Under the pieces are notes generated by a model. It worked only from the letters and a program-made list of their open reading frames with translations, was not told the DNA's origin and ran no database searches. This document shows, piece by piece, positions 38,451-46,808 of a stretch of DNA of 64,000 nucleotides. The translations under genes were made by a program, and so were the position numbers. Origin of the DNA: a virus; IMG/VR virus record IMGVR_UViG_3300045988_152944; one strand, given 5' to 3'. Within the stretch, counting starts at the first letter, position 1, and every line of letters starts with the position of its first letter.

Positions 38451-38552
38451 ATTTATATATAAGATATAAAAGGAGTATAGTGATGTAACAATCCTAATTA
38501 AATAGAGCAACAAATTCCAACCAAATAACCAACTATGCTATGATGAGGCTAC

Positions 38553-38750
38553 ATGACACGTAAATCTAATCCTACAACAACAACAGCAACCCCGCAACCA
38601 CAAAAACCACCAAAATCCCAAACTCCGAATCCTCAACCTCCGACGACTCGACAATTGCCCCGCGCAATTATCCACAAAAAGAAGAAACCCAAAAATCTTC
38701 CGCCGGAACCAATAACCGAAGATTCTTACATAGATCAAGTTATGAGTTAA
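38553..38750 (+). CDS. questionable Pro/Thr/Lys-rich ORF (65 aa), or an untranslated C-rich leader
   Basis: Open frame but no convincing RBS; extreme C/A-rich, G-poor composition. Confidence 0.25.
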   Translation: MTRKSNPTTTTATPQPQKPPKSQTPNPQPPTTRQLPRAIIHKKKKPKNLPPEPITEDSYIDQVMS

Positions 38751-38775
38751 ACGCCTAACCCCAAGGAGCAACCAA

Positions 38776-39144
38776 ATGTGTATTCTTCAAAAAACACTGC
38801 CTTATACTACCAAAACACGCCAACGTCTGTCAAGGTACCCAACCATTTACATTATTTGCTATTTCGCACACGTCGGTTGTTTATCTTTCCCTTTCACCGG
38901 GAAGCATGATAATAAAGGTCGCCCCCTTGTGTACCAGTTTGATGATCACGATGGTCTATATCCCGAGTATTGCCTTCGCAACATTAACGAAGTCACTTCC
39001 GTTCACATCTGTGAATGGACGACGAATGCTGACGACGTACAACGACTCATAACCAAATGGCAAACCAAATACGACGAATATCGCGCCGCAATGATCAAAA
39101 CTTATGAGGAAAACTTACAAGCCTATGAGAATAACTCTAACTAA
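38776..39144 (+). CDS. early protein, MCIL-family paralog A (122 aa)
   Basis: AAGGAG RBS. Alignable with the 40053 gene: MCIL.K.LP..KT...L...P.IY, PLVY.FDDH.G.YPEY.LR. Confidence 0.7.
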   Translation: MCILQKTLPYTTKTRQRLSRYPTIYIICYFAHVGCLSFPFTGKHDNKGRPLVYQFDDHDGLYPEYCLRNINEVTSVHICEWTTNADDVQRLITKWQTKYDEYRAAMIKTYEENLQAYENNSN

Positions 39145-39850
39145 CCAAAGCTGTTTTGACTTACTCAAAACCACGCCAGATAAATCAGTCGACTTGGTTC
39201 TCATCAATCCGCCCTACGAGGTCTCTAGAGATACAAATTTCCAATCAGGGGAACCCAAAGGCGCTGACACCGACCGCTTTCGCGTGTCGATGGATTTCGG
39301 CGAGTGGGATAATAATTTCACGGGGTTGGATTTGGTAATCAAAGAGTGCTACAGACTCTTAAAAGACGGCGGAACTTTAATATGCTTTTACGATCTGTGG
39401 AAGCTCACAACCTTAAAACACTACTTTGAGCTCGCGAACTTTAAACAGCTCCGTTTCATCGAATGGGTGAAAACAAATCCGGTCCCGCTTAATAGCAAAA
39501 CGAACTACCTCACAAATTCCAGAGAGATAGCCATCGTGGGTGTGAAAAAAGGGAAGCCGACATTCAATTCAGAGTATGACAATGGCATTTATAATTTTCC
39601 CATATGTCACGACAAAGGCAGATTCCACCCCACCCAAAAACCTGTCGCATTGCTTGAAGACTTGATTCTCAAACATTCGCACGAGAACGATACTGTTCTC
39701 GATTGTTTCGCCGGGAGCGGTTCGACCGCTGTCGCTGCCCATAACACGAACAGGAATTTCATCGGATGTGAACTGTCGAAAGAGTATTTCGACAAAACCT
39801 TGCAACGGTTCGACGCACTAGGGTTCAAATACACGGAGGCGGACCTATGA
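39125..39850 (+). CDS. DNA methyltransferase (beta-class N6A/N4C, orphan)
   Basis: Motif IV DLVLINPPY lies near the N-terminus and motif I DCFAGSGST near the C-terminus. No nuclease partner is nearby. The start could also be ATG 39104. Confidence 0.85.
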   Translation: MRITLTNQSCFDLLKTTPDKSVDLVLINPPYEVSRDTNFQSGEPKGADTDRFRVSMDFGEWDNNFTGLDLVIKECYRLLKDGGTLICFYDLWKLTTLKHYFELANFKQLRFIEWVKTNPVPLNSKTNYLTNSREIAIVGVKKGKPTFNSEYDNGIYNFPICHDKGRFHPTQKPVALLEDLILKHSHENDTVLDCFAGSGSTAVAAHNTNRNFIGCELSKEYFDKTLQRFDALGFKYTEADL

Positions 39851-40047
39851 CCCTCAAAGAGTACATCAAAAAACATCCGTATAACAGCGACGGCGATAAC
39901 ATTATTGAATTCCTTCGCCACGACATTAAACTCCGTGCGCTGGTGCTAAGCCAGCTCGCGAGAGACGTAAGCATCGATATTCAATTGCTGTTGTATGAGA
40001 ACGAATCAAAACAAAAACAATTAGACAAGCAAAATAATAAGGAGTAA
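39847..40047 (+). CDS. hypothetical early protein (66 aa)
   Basis: ATGA overlap with the methyltransferase stop; GGAGG RBS. Confidence 0.6.
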   Translation: MTLKEYIKKHPYNSDGDNIIEFLRHDIKLRALVLSQLARDVSIDIQLLLYENESKQKQLDKQNNKE

Positions 40048-40052
40048 TCACT

Positions 40053-40484
40053 ATGTGCATATTAAGAAAACATCTACCCGATAATCAAAAAACTAAAGAC
40101 AAGCTCGCCAAGCTGCCAAAGATTTACCTCGTGGCCTGTTGGGCAAGTTATGGTACCCTCGAGTTTCCATTCCCAATAAAATATAAAAAGGTGAAAGATA
40201 AAGACACCAAAGTTGTCCGATATATTCCGCTGGTTTACGACTTCGATGATCATAACGGTGTTTACCCCGAGTACGTCCTCAGACCAATAACATCAACGAC
40301 TACAGGATTTATAAGAGGTTGGTTTTATACCAAACAACAGGCGAAGGATGTCGCTGATGTCTACGAGAGCTATCGACGTCAGAAAGCGAGGGAGTATGCA
40401 ACACAAATAGATGCCGAGTTTAGGTACAGAATGTCGCTTGAAAGAGAAGAATTAAATAACACAACGCTGAAATTGAACGATTGA
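40053..40484 (+). CDS. early protein, MCIL-family paralog B (143 aa)
   Basis: AAGGAG RBS; paralog of the 38776 gene. Confidence 0.7.
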   Translation: MCILRKHLPDNQKTKDKLAKLPKIYLVACWASYGTLEFPFPIKYKKVKDKDTKVVRYIPLVYDFDDHNGVYPEYVLRPITSTTTGFIRGWFYTKQQAKDVADVYESYRRQKAREYATQIDAEFRYRMSLEREELNNTTLKLND

Positions 40485-40591
40485 AAAATAGTTAAACAAA
40501 CCGACCAGGCAGGTTCATATAATCCCGTCAGCAGAGAACGGCGGGAAATATAAATCAGAGCGAAGATAAGGAACGCTCAAAGGAGTACAAT

Positions 40592-40897
40592 ATGAAATAT
40601 TATAGTGAAATGACCAATAAAGTCTATGAAACAAAAGAAGAGTGCGAAAAGGCCGAAGAGGCTATTGTCGCAAAAAAGAAAGCCGAAGAAGAAAAACAAC
40701 TGGCTCTCAAAAACGAACGTGAGACGAGATCGAAGGCTGTCGTCGACGCCTTTAAAAAGGCGCGAGAGGCTGAGGCCGAAGCACAGAAGTTGCTGAAAGA
40801 GTTCGTCAAGGACTACGGCTCTTTCCATATGAGTTATAATGGGAAGAGTTCGATGCCGTCGATGTTCGACATACTCGATAATTTCTTTTTGCTGTAA
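40592..40897 (+). CDS. K/E-rich coiled-coil early protein (101 aa)
   Basis: AAAGGAG RBS; last gene before the tandem terminators. Confidence 0.65.
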   Translation: MKYYSEMTNKVYETKEECEKAEEAIVAKKKAEEEKQLALKNERETRSKAVVDAFKKAREAEAEAQKLLKEFVKDYGSFHMSYNGKSSMPSMFDILDNFFLL

Positions 40898-40903
40898 ATG
40901 AAA

Positions 40904-40931
40904 GAGAGGGGGCCTGGCTCCTCTTTTTTTT
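40904..40931 (+). terminator. rho-independent terminator 1
   Basis: AGAGG..CCTCT stem followed by T8. Confidence 0.6.
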
Positions 40932-40934
40932 ATG

Positions 40935-40967
40935 GGCGCTGACTACGGATGTCGGCGCCTTTTTTTT
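40935..40967 (+). terminator. rho-independent terminator 2
   Basis: GGCGCTGAC-N7-GTCGGCGCC (1 mismatch) followed by T8. Confidence 0.7.
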
Positions 40968-40969
40968 AT

Positions 40970-41008
40970 GGGGAAATTGGGGAGGGGGTGGGATGGTGGG
41001 AAAATGGG
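40970..41008 (+). other. G-quadruplex-type G-tract cluster
   Basis: GGGG-AAATT-GGGG-A-GGGGG-T-GGG-AT-GG-T-GGG-AAAAT-GGG, directly after the terminators. Confidence 0.5.
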
Positions 41009-41109
41009 TTTATGAATATTTTTGTCCATAAGTGTGTAAAAAGTTGAATTTTACATTGTAAAAAGTGTAAATTCGACTTTATACATAATAATATAAGGAG
41101 GTAGAAGAT

Positions 41110-41268
41110 ATGAAATTGTATACAATTTCCTATTTCAAGTTTGGTAAAACTTTTGAGGTATATCCTCAAGTGTTTACTAAGCGCAAAGACGCAGAACAGC
41201 TCTGTGTTTTTCTGCGTGAAAACAAACATACTAAAGTGCAAATTACGGTTTGCACTTTGGCAGAGTAA
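41110..41268 (+). CDS. hypothetical early protein (52 aa)
   Basis: Not in the track (<60 aa); AAGGAGG RBS 8 nt upstream; translated by hand without stops. Confidence 0.6.
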   Translation: MKLYTISYFKFGKTFEVYPQVFTKRKDAEQLCVFLRENKHTKVQITVCTLAE

Positions 41269-41351
41269 AAATTCGCTACTGGCGGGACAAGCGCAAAAAT
41301 GCCCTCCACCAACATTTCCTTGCTCCCAGGGATAAGGGAAAAGATAAACTT

Positions 41352-41528
41352 ATGTTAAAACTCAAAGTCAACTTTTACGCACAAAACAACAACCACCTCC
41401 TCAACACCCTCAACATTGAAGTTGAGGATAATTCAGACTACGCAGCGGTCGTGTACGAACGTTGTGACAGAATCGCAGAAGAAATTGAACGCGATTTGAA
41501 ATGTGGTAATGTTTACTACACTTTCTAA
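41352..41528 (+). CDS. hypothetical early protein (58 aa)
   Basis: Internal ATG of the track ORF 41250; weak AAGGGAAAAG RBS. Confidence 0.4.
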   Translation: MLKLKVNFYAQNNNHLLNTLNIEVEDNSDYAAVVYERCDRIAEEIERDLKCGNVYYTF

Positions 41529-41692
41529 ACCCTCACGTCCTGAGCAAGACATTAAACTGTTCTCTTAATGCAGCCGACGGCGGTCCAAAGCCCGCGAGTA
41601 ATGCAGATGGAGCAGACGCTACATAACGGCGTCCCCCGCAAAAACTAAAAATAACGCCAGTCGGGGAGCTCGGCAAGCAAAGGAGAAATGCT

Positions 41693-41896
41693 ATGGGAAA
41701 TTTTAAATCTTGGATCGACGAGCTCGATCGAGTAGCAACTGAGAGACAACTCTCCCATTATGATCAACTTTTGCTGGATGCAGCAGAAGTACAACTGCTT
41801 CTGGGCAACCTGGGGGCGGCGGACAGCTTGATCAGCAAAATCAGCGACTATAATATCATTGGAACGTTCAATGTTCTTAAAGAAAAGGAGGACTAA
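41693..41896 (+). CDS. hypothetical early protein (67 aa)
   Basis: AAAGGAG RBS. Confidence 0.6.
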   Translation: MGNFKSWIDELDRVATERQLSHYDQLLLDAAEVQLLLGNLGAADSLISKISDYNIIGTFNVLKEKED

Positions 41897-41900
41897 TAAA

Positions 41901-42086
41901 ATGAAAAACTTAAAACATTATAGTTTTGTTTTCAGCAACAACAACGGCGTCACCGTCGCAACGATGACGCTGGCAACGCCCGTCAAACTTGACGTCTTCG
42001 AACTCGGAGACGATCTTTCGATGGCGCTTATCCATCAATTGGGTATAAATATTAACACAAAAGTCACAGTCGACACGATCGACTAA
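41901..42086 (+). CDS. hypothetical early protein (61 aa)
   Basis: Start moved to ATG 41901 (AAAGGAGG RBS). Confidence 0.6.
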   Translation: MKNLKHYSFVFSNNNGVTVATMTLATPVKLDVFELGDDLSMALIHQLGININTKVTVDTID

Positions 42087-42100
42087 TAAGGAGGTATAAT

Positions 42101-42442
42101 ATGAAAAAATATCAAAATTTAATTAACCAGGTGAACGACCTGGTAGCAACAAAAAAACAAAACGACAATTGGAATAAAAACGAAGCCATTTGTTATTATT
42201 GGGTCATTGGGGCCCTCAAAGACGATAACTTGCCATACGCAAGATATTTTGCTATGGGATCGTCGATTGCGGACGATTATCTCAAAATTCTTGGCGTCAG
42301 TCGCCAATTCACAAACGAACAAAAACAAGCAATTGGGTTGTTTGTGGGAGACTTGTGGAGTCTATTTGACAATAAACAAGTTAACGATTATCATGTTACA
42401 AAATTCCTGAAAACTTATGGTATAAAGGAGATTAAAGCATGA
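42101..42442 (+). CDS. hypothetical early protein (113 aa)
   Basis: AAGGAGG RBS. Confidence 0.65.
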   Translation: MKKYQNLINQVNDLVATKKQNDNWNKNEAICYYWVIGALKDDNLPYARYFAMGSSIADDYLKILGVSRQFTNEQKQAIGLFVGDLWSLFDNKQVNDYHVTKFLKTYGIKEIKA

Positions 42443-42603
42443 TGATTTACACGCTTTTTATCAATGGAAAACAAAAAGACTACCAAAGCCGCCGCCGCGC
42501 CTATGCGGTGGCGAAACTTTATAAAGTGGTAGTTTTTAAACATGAACGATATTTATATACCCTCGAGGAGGTATTAAATATAAAAACCAAAACTTTTTTA
42601 TAG
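42439..42603 (+). CDS. hypothetical early protein (54 aa)
   Basis: Not in the track; ATGATG overlaps the upstream TGA; AAAGGAG RBS. Confidence 0.5.
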   Translation: MMIYTLFINGKQKDYQSRRRAYAVAKLYKVVVFKHERYLYTLEEVLNIKTKTFL

Positions 42604-42615
42604 GAGGTCATTATT

Positions 42616-42942
42616 ATGACAAAAACGGAATTTTTGAATCAAATCAACAAACTTTTGCCTAATGGCGCTGAAATTCTCACGCGAGATGAGCTTGAACAAC
42701 AGCGCCAAGAGGTTTCAGAACTGAAGGAGCACATCAAAGCACTCGACGAACAATTGAGTGATTTATACCACATAGGGTATGAGTCGTGGGATAGCGGCGC
42801 TGAGTGGGCAATTCAAATTATCAAATGTTTATTGTTACAAGAGCATTGTAACAACAACACTATCACATTAACCCGCGATGAGTTAATGCGTGATGTTGTT
42901 GGGTATGTTAAAAACATACTCAATAATCGTTATAGGGGGTGA
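42616..42942 (+). CDS. hypothetical early protein (108 aa)
   Basis: TAGGAGG RBS. Confidence 0.65.
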   Translation: MTKTEFLNQINKLLPNGAEILTRDELEQQRQEVSELKEHIKALDEQLSDLYHIGYESWDSGAEWAIQIIKCLLLQEHCNNNTITLTRDELMRDVVGYVKNILNNRYRG

Positions 42943-42946
42943 ACTA

Positions 42947-43072
42947 ATGGCATACAAGCAAATCACCATCGATGAATATCTCGAGGAAAATGTATCAACT
43001 CTCGACGAAGATCCGTGTAAGGACTGTACAGATCGTACATGTGAGTGGGGAATCTGCTCACAGGCAAATTAA
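42947..43072 (+). CDS. small Cys-containing early protein (41 aa)
   Basis: Start moved to ATG 42947 (GGGGGTG RBS); CKDCTDRTCEWGIC. Confidence 0.45.
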   Translation: MAYKQITIDEYLEENVSTLDEDPCKDCTDRTCEWGICSQAN

Positions 43073-43088
43073 TGAAGGAGGTGTCGCA

Positions 43089-43484
43089 ATGCTCATACAC
43101 GACCTAACAGAATACATCAATAATCACAAAGACGACAACATCAAAGTCGTCGTCAAACAGCACCCACTCAGTGGTGTTGAAAACTCTCAGGTCTTGCTTA
43201 CCTTTAAACAGCAAAAAGTAAAAATCTCATTAGCTCAGTTTTCACCCGAAGGCTATCTATATCTGTGTATTATAGCAAAGAAAACCCCGAGTGGGCTGCC
43301 AGCGGGAAGCAAACTGTCCGGAGGCACATACAATTGGACTGAGGTTTATTGCAGTCCTTTTTGCAACAAACTCGATCAGATTTATACTCTGATCACAAGA
43401 ATGGCCGATCACACAGATCGATTCTTTGATAGGTCAATGCCTATCGGCATCAAAACCGCTTGCGAAAGAGTGGTAAACATTTAA
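43089..43484 (+). CDS. hypothetical early protein (131 aa)
   Basis: Start moved to ATG 43089 (GAAGGAGG RBS). Confidence 0.6.
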   Translation: MLIHDLTEYINNHKDDNIKVVVKQHPLSGVENSQVLLTFKQQKVKISLAQFSPEGYLYLCIIAKKTPSGLPAGSKLSGGTYNWTEVYCSPFCNKLDQIYTLITRMADHTDRFFDRSMPIGIKTACERVVNI

Positions 43485-43517
43485 TTAAAAAATATTATTA
43501 TAAAGGAGGACATCACT

Positions 43518-44009
43518 ATGTCTATTAAAATCAATCAAATTGCAGCAACCGCCAACATCATCAACGCTCTCGATGCAATGAAAGCAGACGAGAACATCAG
43601 CCTCGGCATCGAAGAAATCGAGTTTCCTGATGGAAGCAAAGAGAAATTCTATTACAACGGCGAGTCCGACAAACAAGCAGCCGTGCACTTCGCACAGATT
43701 TGCATCGATGTTTGCGCCGGCGACAGCGACAAAGCCAAACGTATGATGGCTTCGTGTTTCAAACTTCTCACTAAAGGCTACAATGTCGACGAAATTGTCC
43801 CGTCTGCGGAAAGCGAAATCAACACCGAAACTTATATTGATTATAAGAAAGGTGTCTTGCTCACGCCGTACGCGTCGGTTGTCGCGTCTCTCACCGAGGA
43901 TGAACTCAAAGCAACAAAGGGCAAAAAGAATCCCCTTACCAAATCACTCTTGCTCGAAAGATCGAGAACTGATTGTTTAGAAGACGCTCTTAAATATTAC
44001 GAGAGCTGA
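43518..44009 (+). CDS. hypothetical early protein (163 aa)
   Basis: AAAGGAGG RBS. Confidence 0.65.
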   Translation: MSIKINQIAATANIINALDAMKADENISLGIEEIEFPDGSKEKFYYNGESDKQAAVHFAQICIDVCAGDSDKAKRMMASCFKLLTKGYNVDEIVPSAESEINTETYIDYKKGVLLTPYASVVASLTEDELKATKGKKNPLTKSLLLERSRTDCLEDALKYYES

Positions 44010-44156
44010 ACCCCGCAAGGCCCGCACGAAAGTGTGAACGGCGCAAGCCCGTTGCCCTCTTAGGAGGGTGGCGCTCATGGTGTTCATAATGGCATCATCT
44101 TCGTAAAATAAAAATCTTGCTAATCGAAGACTAATGGCATAGAAAGGAGAATCATT

Positions 44157-44750
44157 ATGAAAAATTATATTATTGCAACCGTCAAGGCAACCTTCTACAA
44201 TGTAGAAAAACAAGTTCCAGTTGCCCCGACCCATCCGATGGACCAAAATGAATGGGACGAGAATGTCGTCACTGAAACGGTATTCCAAAATGTAGTGGAG
44301 GAATTCCACTCCTTGCCGCGCAGGAACACTGCCGCAGCAATGGAAGAGGCTAAATGGCTGGCACTTCGTAAAGGTTGGTCAATGCAACGCAACGATTACG
44401 AGATCGAAATCGAAGAACTGCCTACCAAGGCGGTGTCAGTTTATGAGGAAGAAGACCTCGTAAAATTGTATCAAGGTAACAAAGTTGAAAAATTCGCTTT
44501 GTTGCAAAATCTTGTCCCTGGACAAGAAATCAAATCATATACCAAACGTTATTGGATGTTAAATCCTCAAACGTTTGAACCCGTCCGTACGACGGTGACG
44601 ATGTACAAAGAAGGGAATATCAACCCCGACTTCGAAAACGAAGAGGGTACTGGGAAATGGTATTATCTAAATGAAGAAGAGTGCCTCTTCACCGGCGACG
44701 AGAGCTGCCGCAAACATATCAATAAACACCGCAATATTTGGTTGTTTTAA
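44157..44750 (+). CDS. hypothetical early protein (197 aa)
   Basis: AAAGGAG RBS. Confidence 0.65.
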   Translation: MKNYIIATVKATFYNVEKQVPVAPTHPMDQNEWDENVVTETVFQNVVEEFHSLPRRNTAAAMEEAKWLALRKGWSMQRNDYEIEIEELPTKAVSVYEEEDLVKLYQGNKVEKFALLQNLVPGQEIKSYTKRYWMLNPQTFEPVRTTVTMYKEGNINPDFENEEGTGKWYYLNEEECLFTGDESCRKHINKHRNIWLF

Positions 44751-44777
44751 AATACACAAATAAAAGGAGATATAACA

Positions 44778-46808
44778 ATGAGAAACATTCAAAAAATTAT
44801 CGAAAATATTGTTACAAAAGAACCCAATCCTGATACCAAATACACGCCACACCTGGTGTTACATTGGTACACAAAAACAGAAGGACAAATTTATCACGAT
44901 TTGTCTACTGGTGAGAGACTGTCACGTGATGACATAGATACGTTTTTCAGATGGGAGAACTTCTCTTATAATTATTTAAAATATTGCACGGGGGCGTCGC
45001 CTCGAATCACATATATTAAATACCATCACAAACAAAAAGTAATGGAATTGGCATATGTGAATATTCCAATGAATCGCGCCAAACCTGGCGAAATTCGTAC
45101 GTTTGAATATAACAAGAATTGGTCGGGCAAGACCGATAGGTATTTTGTTGATTTGTCCCAATATCCTCGCCGACTGTTTGGGAGCGATGGTATGCTCGCC
45201 CCGATAGTGATGGTGAAAAACATCATGCGGGACACTGGTGCTCATCGAAAGGTCCAAATTTATAATGAACTCTTTCCAGATGATAAGATAACAGCAATAA
45301 AATTCTCGTGGTCCAAAATAGAGTATGTGACAAAGTATCTCACATATCAAAGACAACTCACGATTGCAACATCAAAAACTGCAAAAGCGGCGCTTATTGC
45401 CAAAGGTAATAGTTTGCTTGCGGCTTCTCCCACAACATTTCCGAAAGAAATTATGAGTGTTGGTATTGTGAGGAATTTCCCTGGTATCTCTATTGTGGAG
45501 GCGAAGCCGTGGTTTGGCTTAACAACGCGATTTTATTACGATGGTAAAACTTTCGCAGCAGCCAAATCACCGAAGTTTGATGTAAGTTATGCTTGCTCAA
45601 ATATTAAAGATGTTTCAATCTACAATCCCGAAGATTTACAAAACGGGATGTTTAACAAGTATGCTGATTTGTTTGTTAAACCTGCACTCGAACCGGTAAG
45701 CTGGGACGATCGGTATCGTTGTAAAAATCCTGATCAAAATAATAAATTTATCAACTTACAAATATTGGCCGCAATGATCAAAAATCCCTTGTACGAACAG
45801 TTGGCAAAATCATACAAAGGAATCCAGTTACTGAATCTCACCAGAGCATACACCCAAGATGAACTGTTTGGTGACAACTTAAACAAAAAGGCCACAACAG
45901 TTGACAAGTGGTTGGGGTTAAACAAATATCAAATCAATCGTTTAATATCTGAACAAAACCCTAATGATCCCTATTCAACACGAAAAGGGATTAGCATTTT
46001 CCGAAAACTCGTTGGCGAAAATGCGTCCTCGTTGGATAATCACACAAGTGATATGTATATTGATCATTTGGATGCGCTCGCATCGCTGACCACAAACTAT
46101 TTATGGGATCCAGAACTAATTCCTTGGGCGAAGCAAATATTGCGAAAAATCGTCAAAAGCACCCAAGTGTCATATAATATCGAGTTGTTACTAGATGCAA
46201 TGCGTTTATGGCGGTCGTTAAATTGGCCACGTCCTACATTGCCAAACATATCCGTCTCTGAATTACAAAGACTTCATGATTTGTATATGACAATGTCAAA
46301 CGAACAGTTCAGACAACGCCAAGCAATGTATGCGGAGGAAACCCGCAAACAAGAGGAGCGTAGGCAAAAAGAAAATAAACTCAAACTGGAATTTCGTCAA
46401 CAACTGAATTATGAAGACGAGAATTATCTCATTCGACTGCCGGTTGATGGCGACGAAATCCAACAAGAAGGTTTGACGCTACACCATTGTGTGGGTGGCT
46501 ACGCCTATAGCCACGAGAGCGGTGCTACGACAATTATGTTTTTGCGTAAAAAGTCCGAACCTGATAAACCTTTCTACACCATTGAAGTAGAGATTGGACT
46601 TGCGGACGGCAAGGTTGCAGGATTGCGGATAAAGCAAGCGCATTGTGTAAACAATGGTTGGTTGGGTTTGTGCGTCTCAGCAGCGCAGTTTGTATATAAA
46701 TGGTGCCGCATCAAAAATATTGAGGTAAGGAAAGAAATTTTATTATGTAAGTCACATGGGTATAGCCCAACCAACCAGTTCTTGCCCGATAGTGTTTTGG
46801 AGGTTTAA
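44778..46808 (+). CDS. PcfJ-like protein (676 aa)
   Basis: C-terminal EGLTLHHCVGGYAYSHESGATTIMFLRKK...FYTIEVE resembles the PcfJ domain of conjugative elements, as recalled from memory; AAAGGAG RBS. Confidence 0.45.
   Translation: MRNIQKIIENIVTKEPNPDTKYTPHLVLHWYTKTEGQIYHDLSTGERLSRDDIDTFFRWENFSYNYLKYCTGASPRITYIKYHHKQKVMELAYVNIPMNRAKPGEIRTFEYNKNWSGKTDRYFVDLSQYPRRLFGSDGMLAPIVMVKNIMRDTGAHRKVQIYNELFPDDKITAIKFSWSKIEYVTKYLTYQRQLTIATSKTAKAALIAKGNSLLAASPTTFPKEIMSVGIVRNFPGISIVEAKPWFGLTTRFYYDGKTFAAAKSPKFDVSYACSNIKDVSIYNPEDLQNGMFNKYADLFVKPALEPVSWDDRYRCKNPDQNNKFINLQILAAMIKNPLYEQLAKSYKGIQLLNLTRAYTQDELFGDNLNKKATTVDKWLGLNKYQINRLISEQNPNDPYSTRKGISIFRKLVGENASSLDNHTSDMYIDHLDALASLTTNYLWDPELIPWAKQILRKIVKSTQVSYNIELLLDAMRLWRSLNWPRPTLPNISVSELQRLHDLYMTMSNEQFRQRQAMYAEETRKQEERRQKENKLKLEFRQQLNYEDENYLIRLPVDGDEIQQEGLTLHHCVGGYAYSHESGATTIMFLRKKSEPDKPFYTIEVEIGLADGKVAGLRIKQAHCVNNGWLGLCVSAAQFVYKWCRIKNIEVRKEILLCKSHGYSPTNQFLPDSVLEV

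Noticed and set aside
38538-38771. Minus-strand 77-aa ORF containing a CCCCC run.
   Set aside because: It is the reverse complement of the C/A-rich leader. It has no RBS and would be transcribed against the early promoter.
41000-41110. Promoter for the second early operon, e.g. TTGAAT-18-TAAATT.
   Set aside because: It gives only weak matches to -35/-10 and several alternative alignments. I was not confident enough to annotate it.
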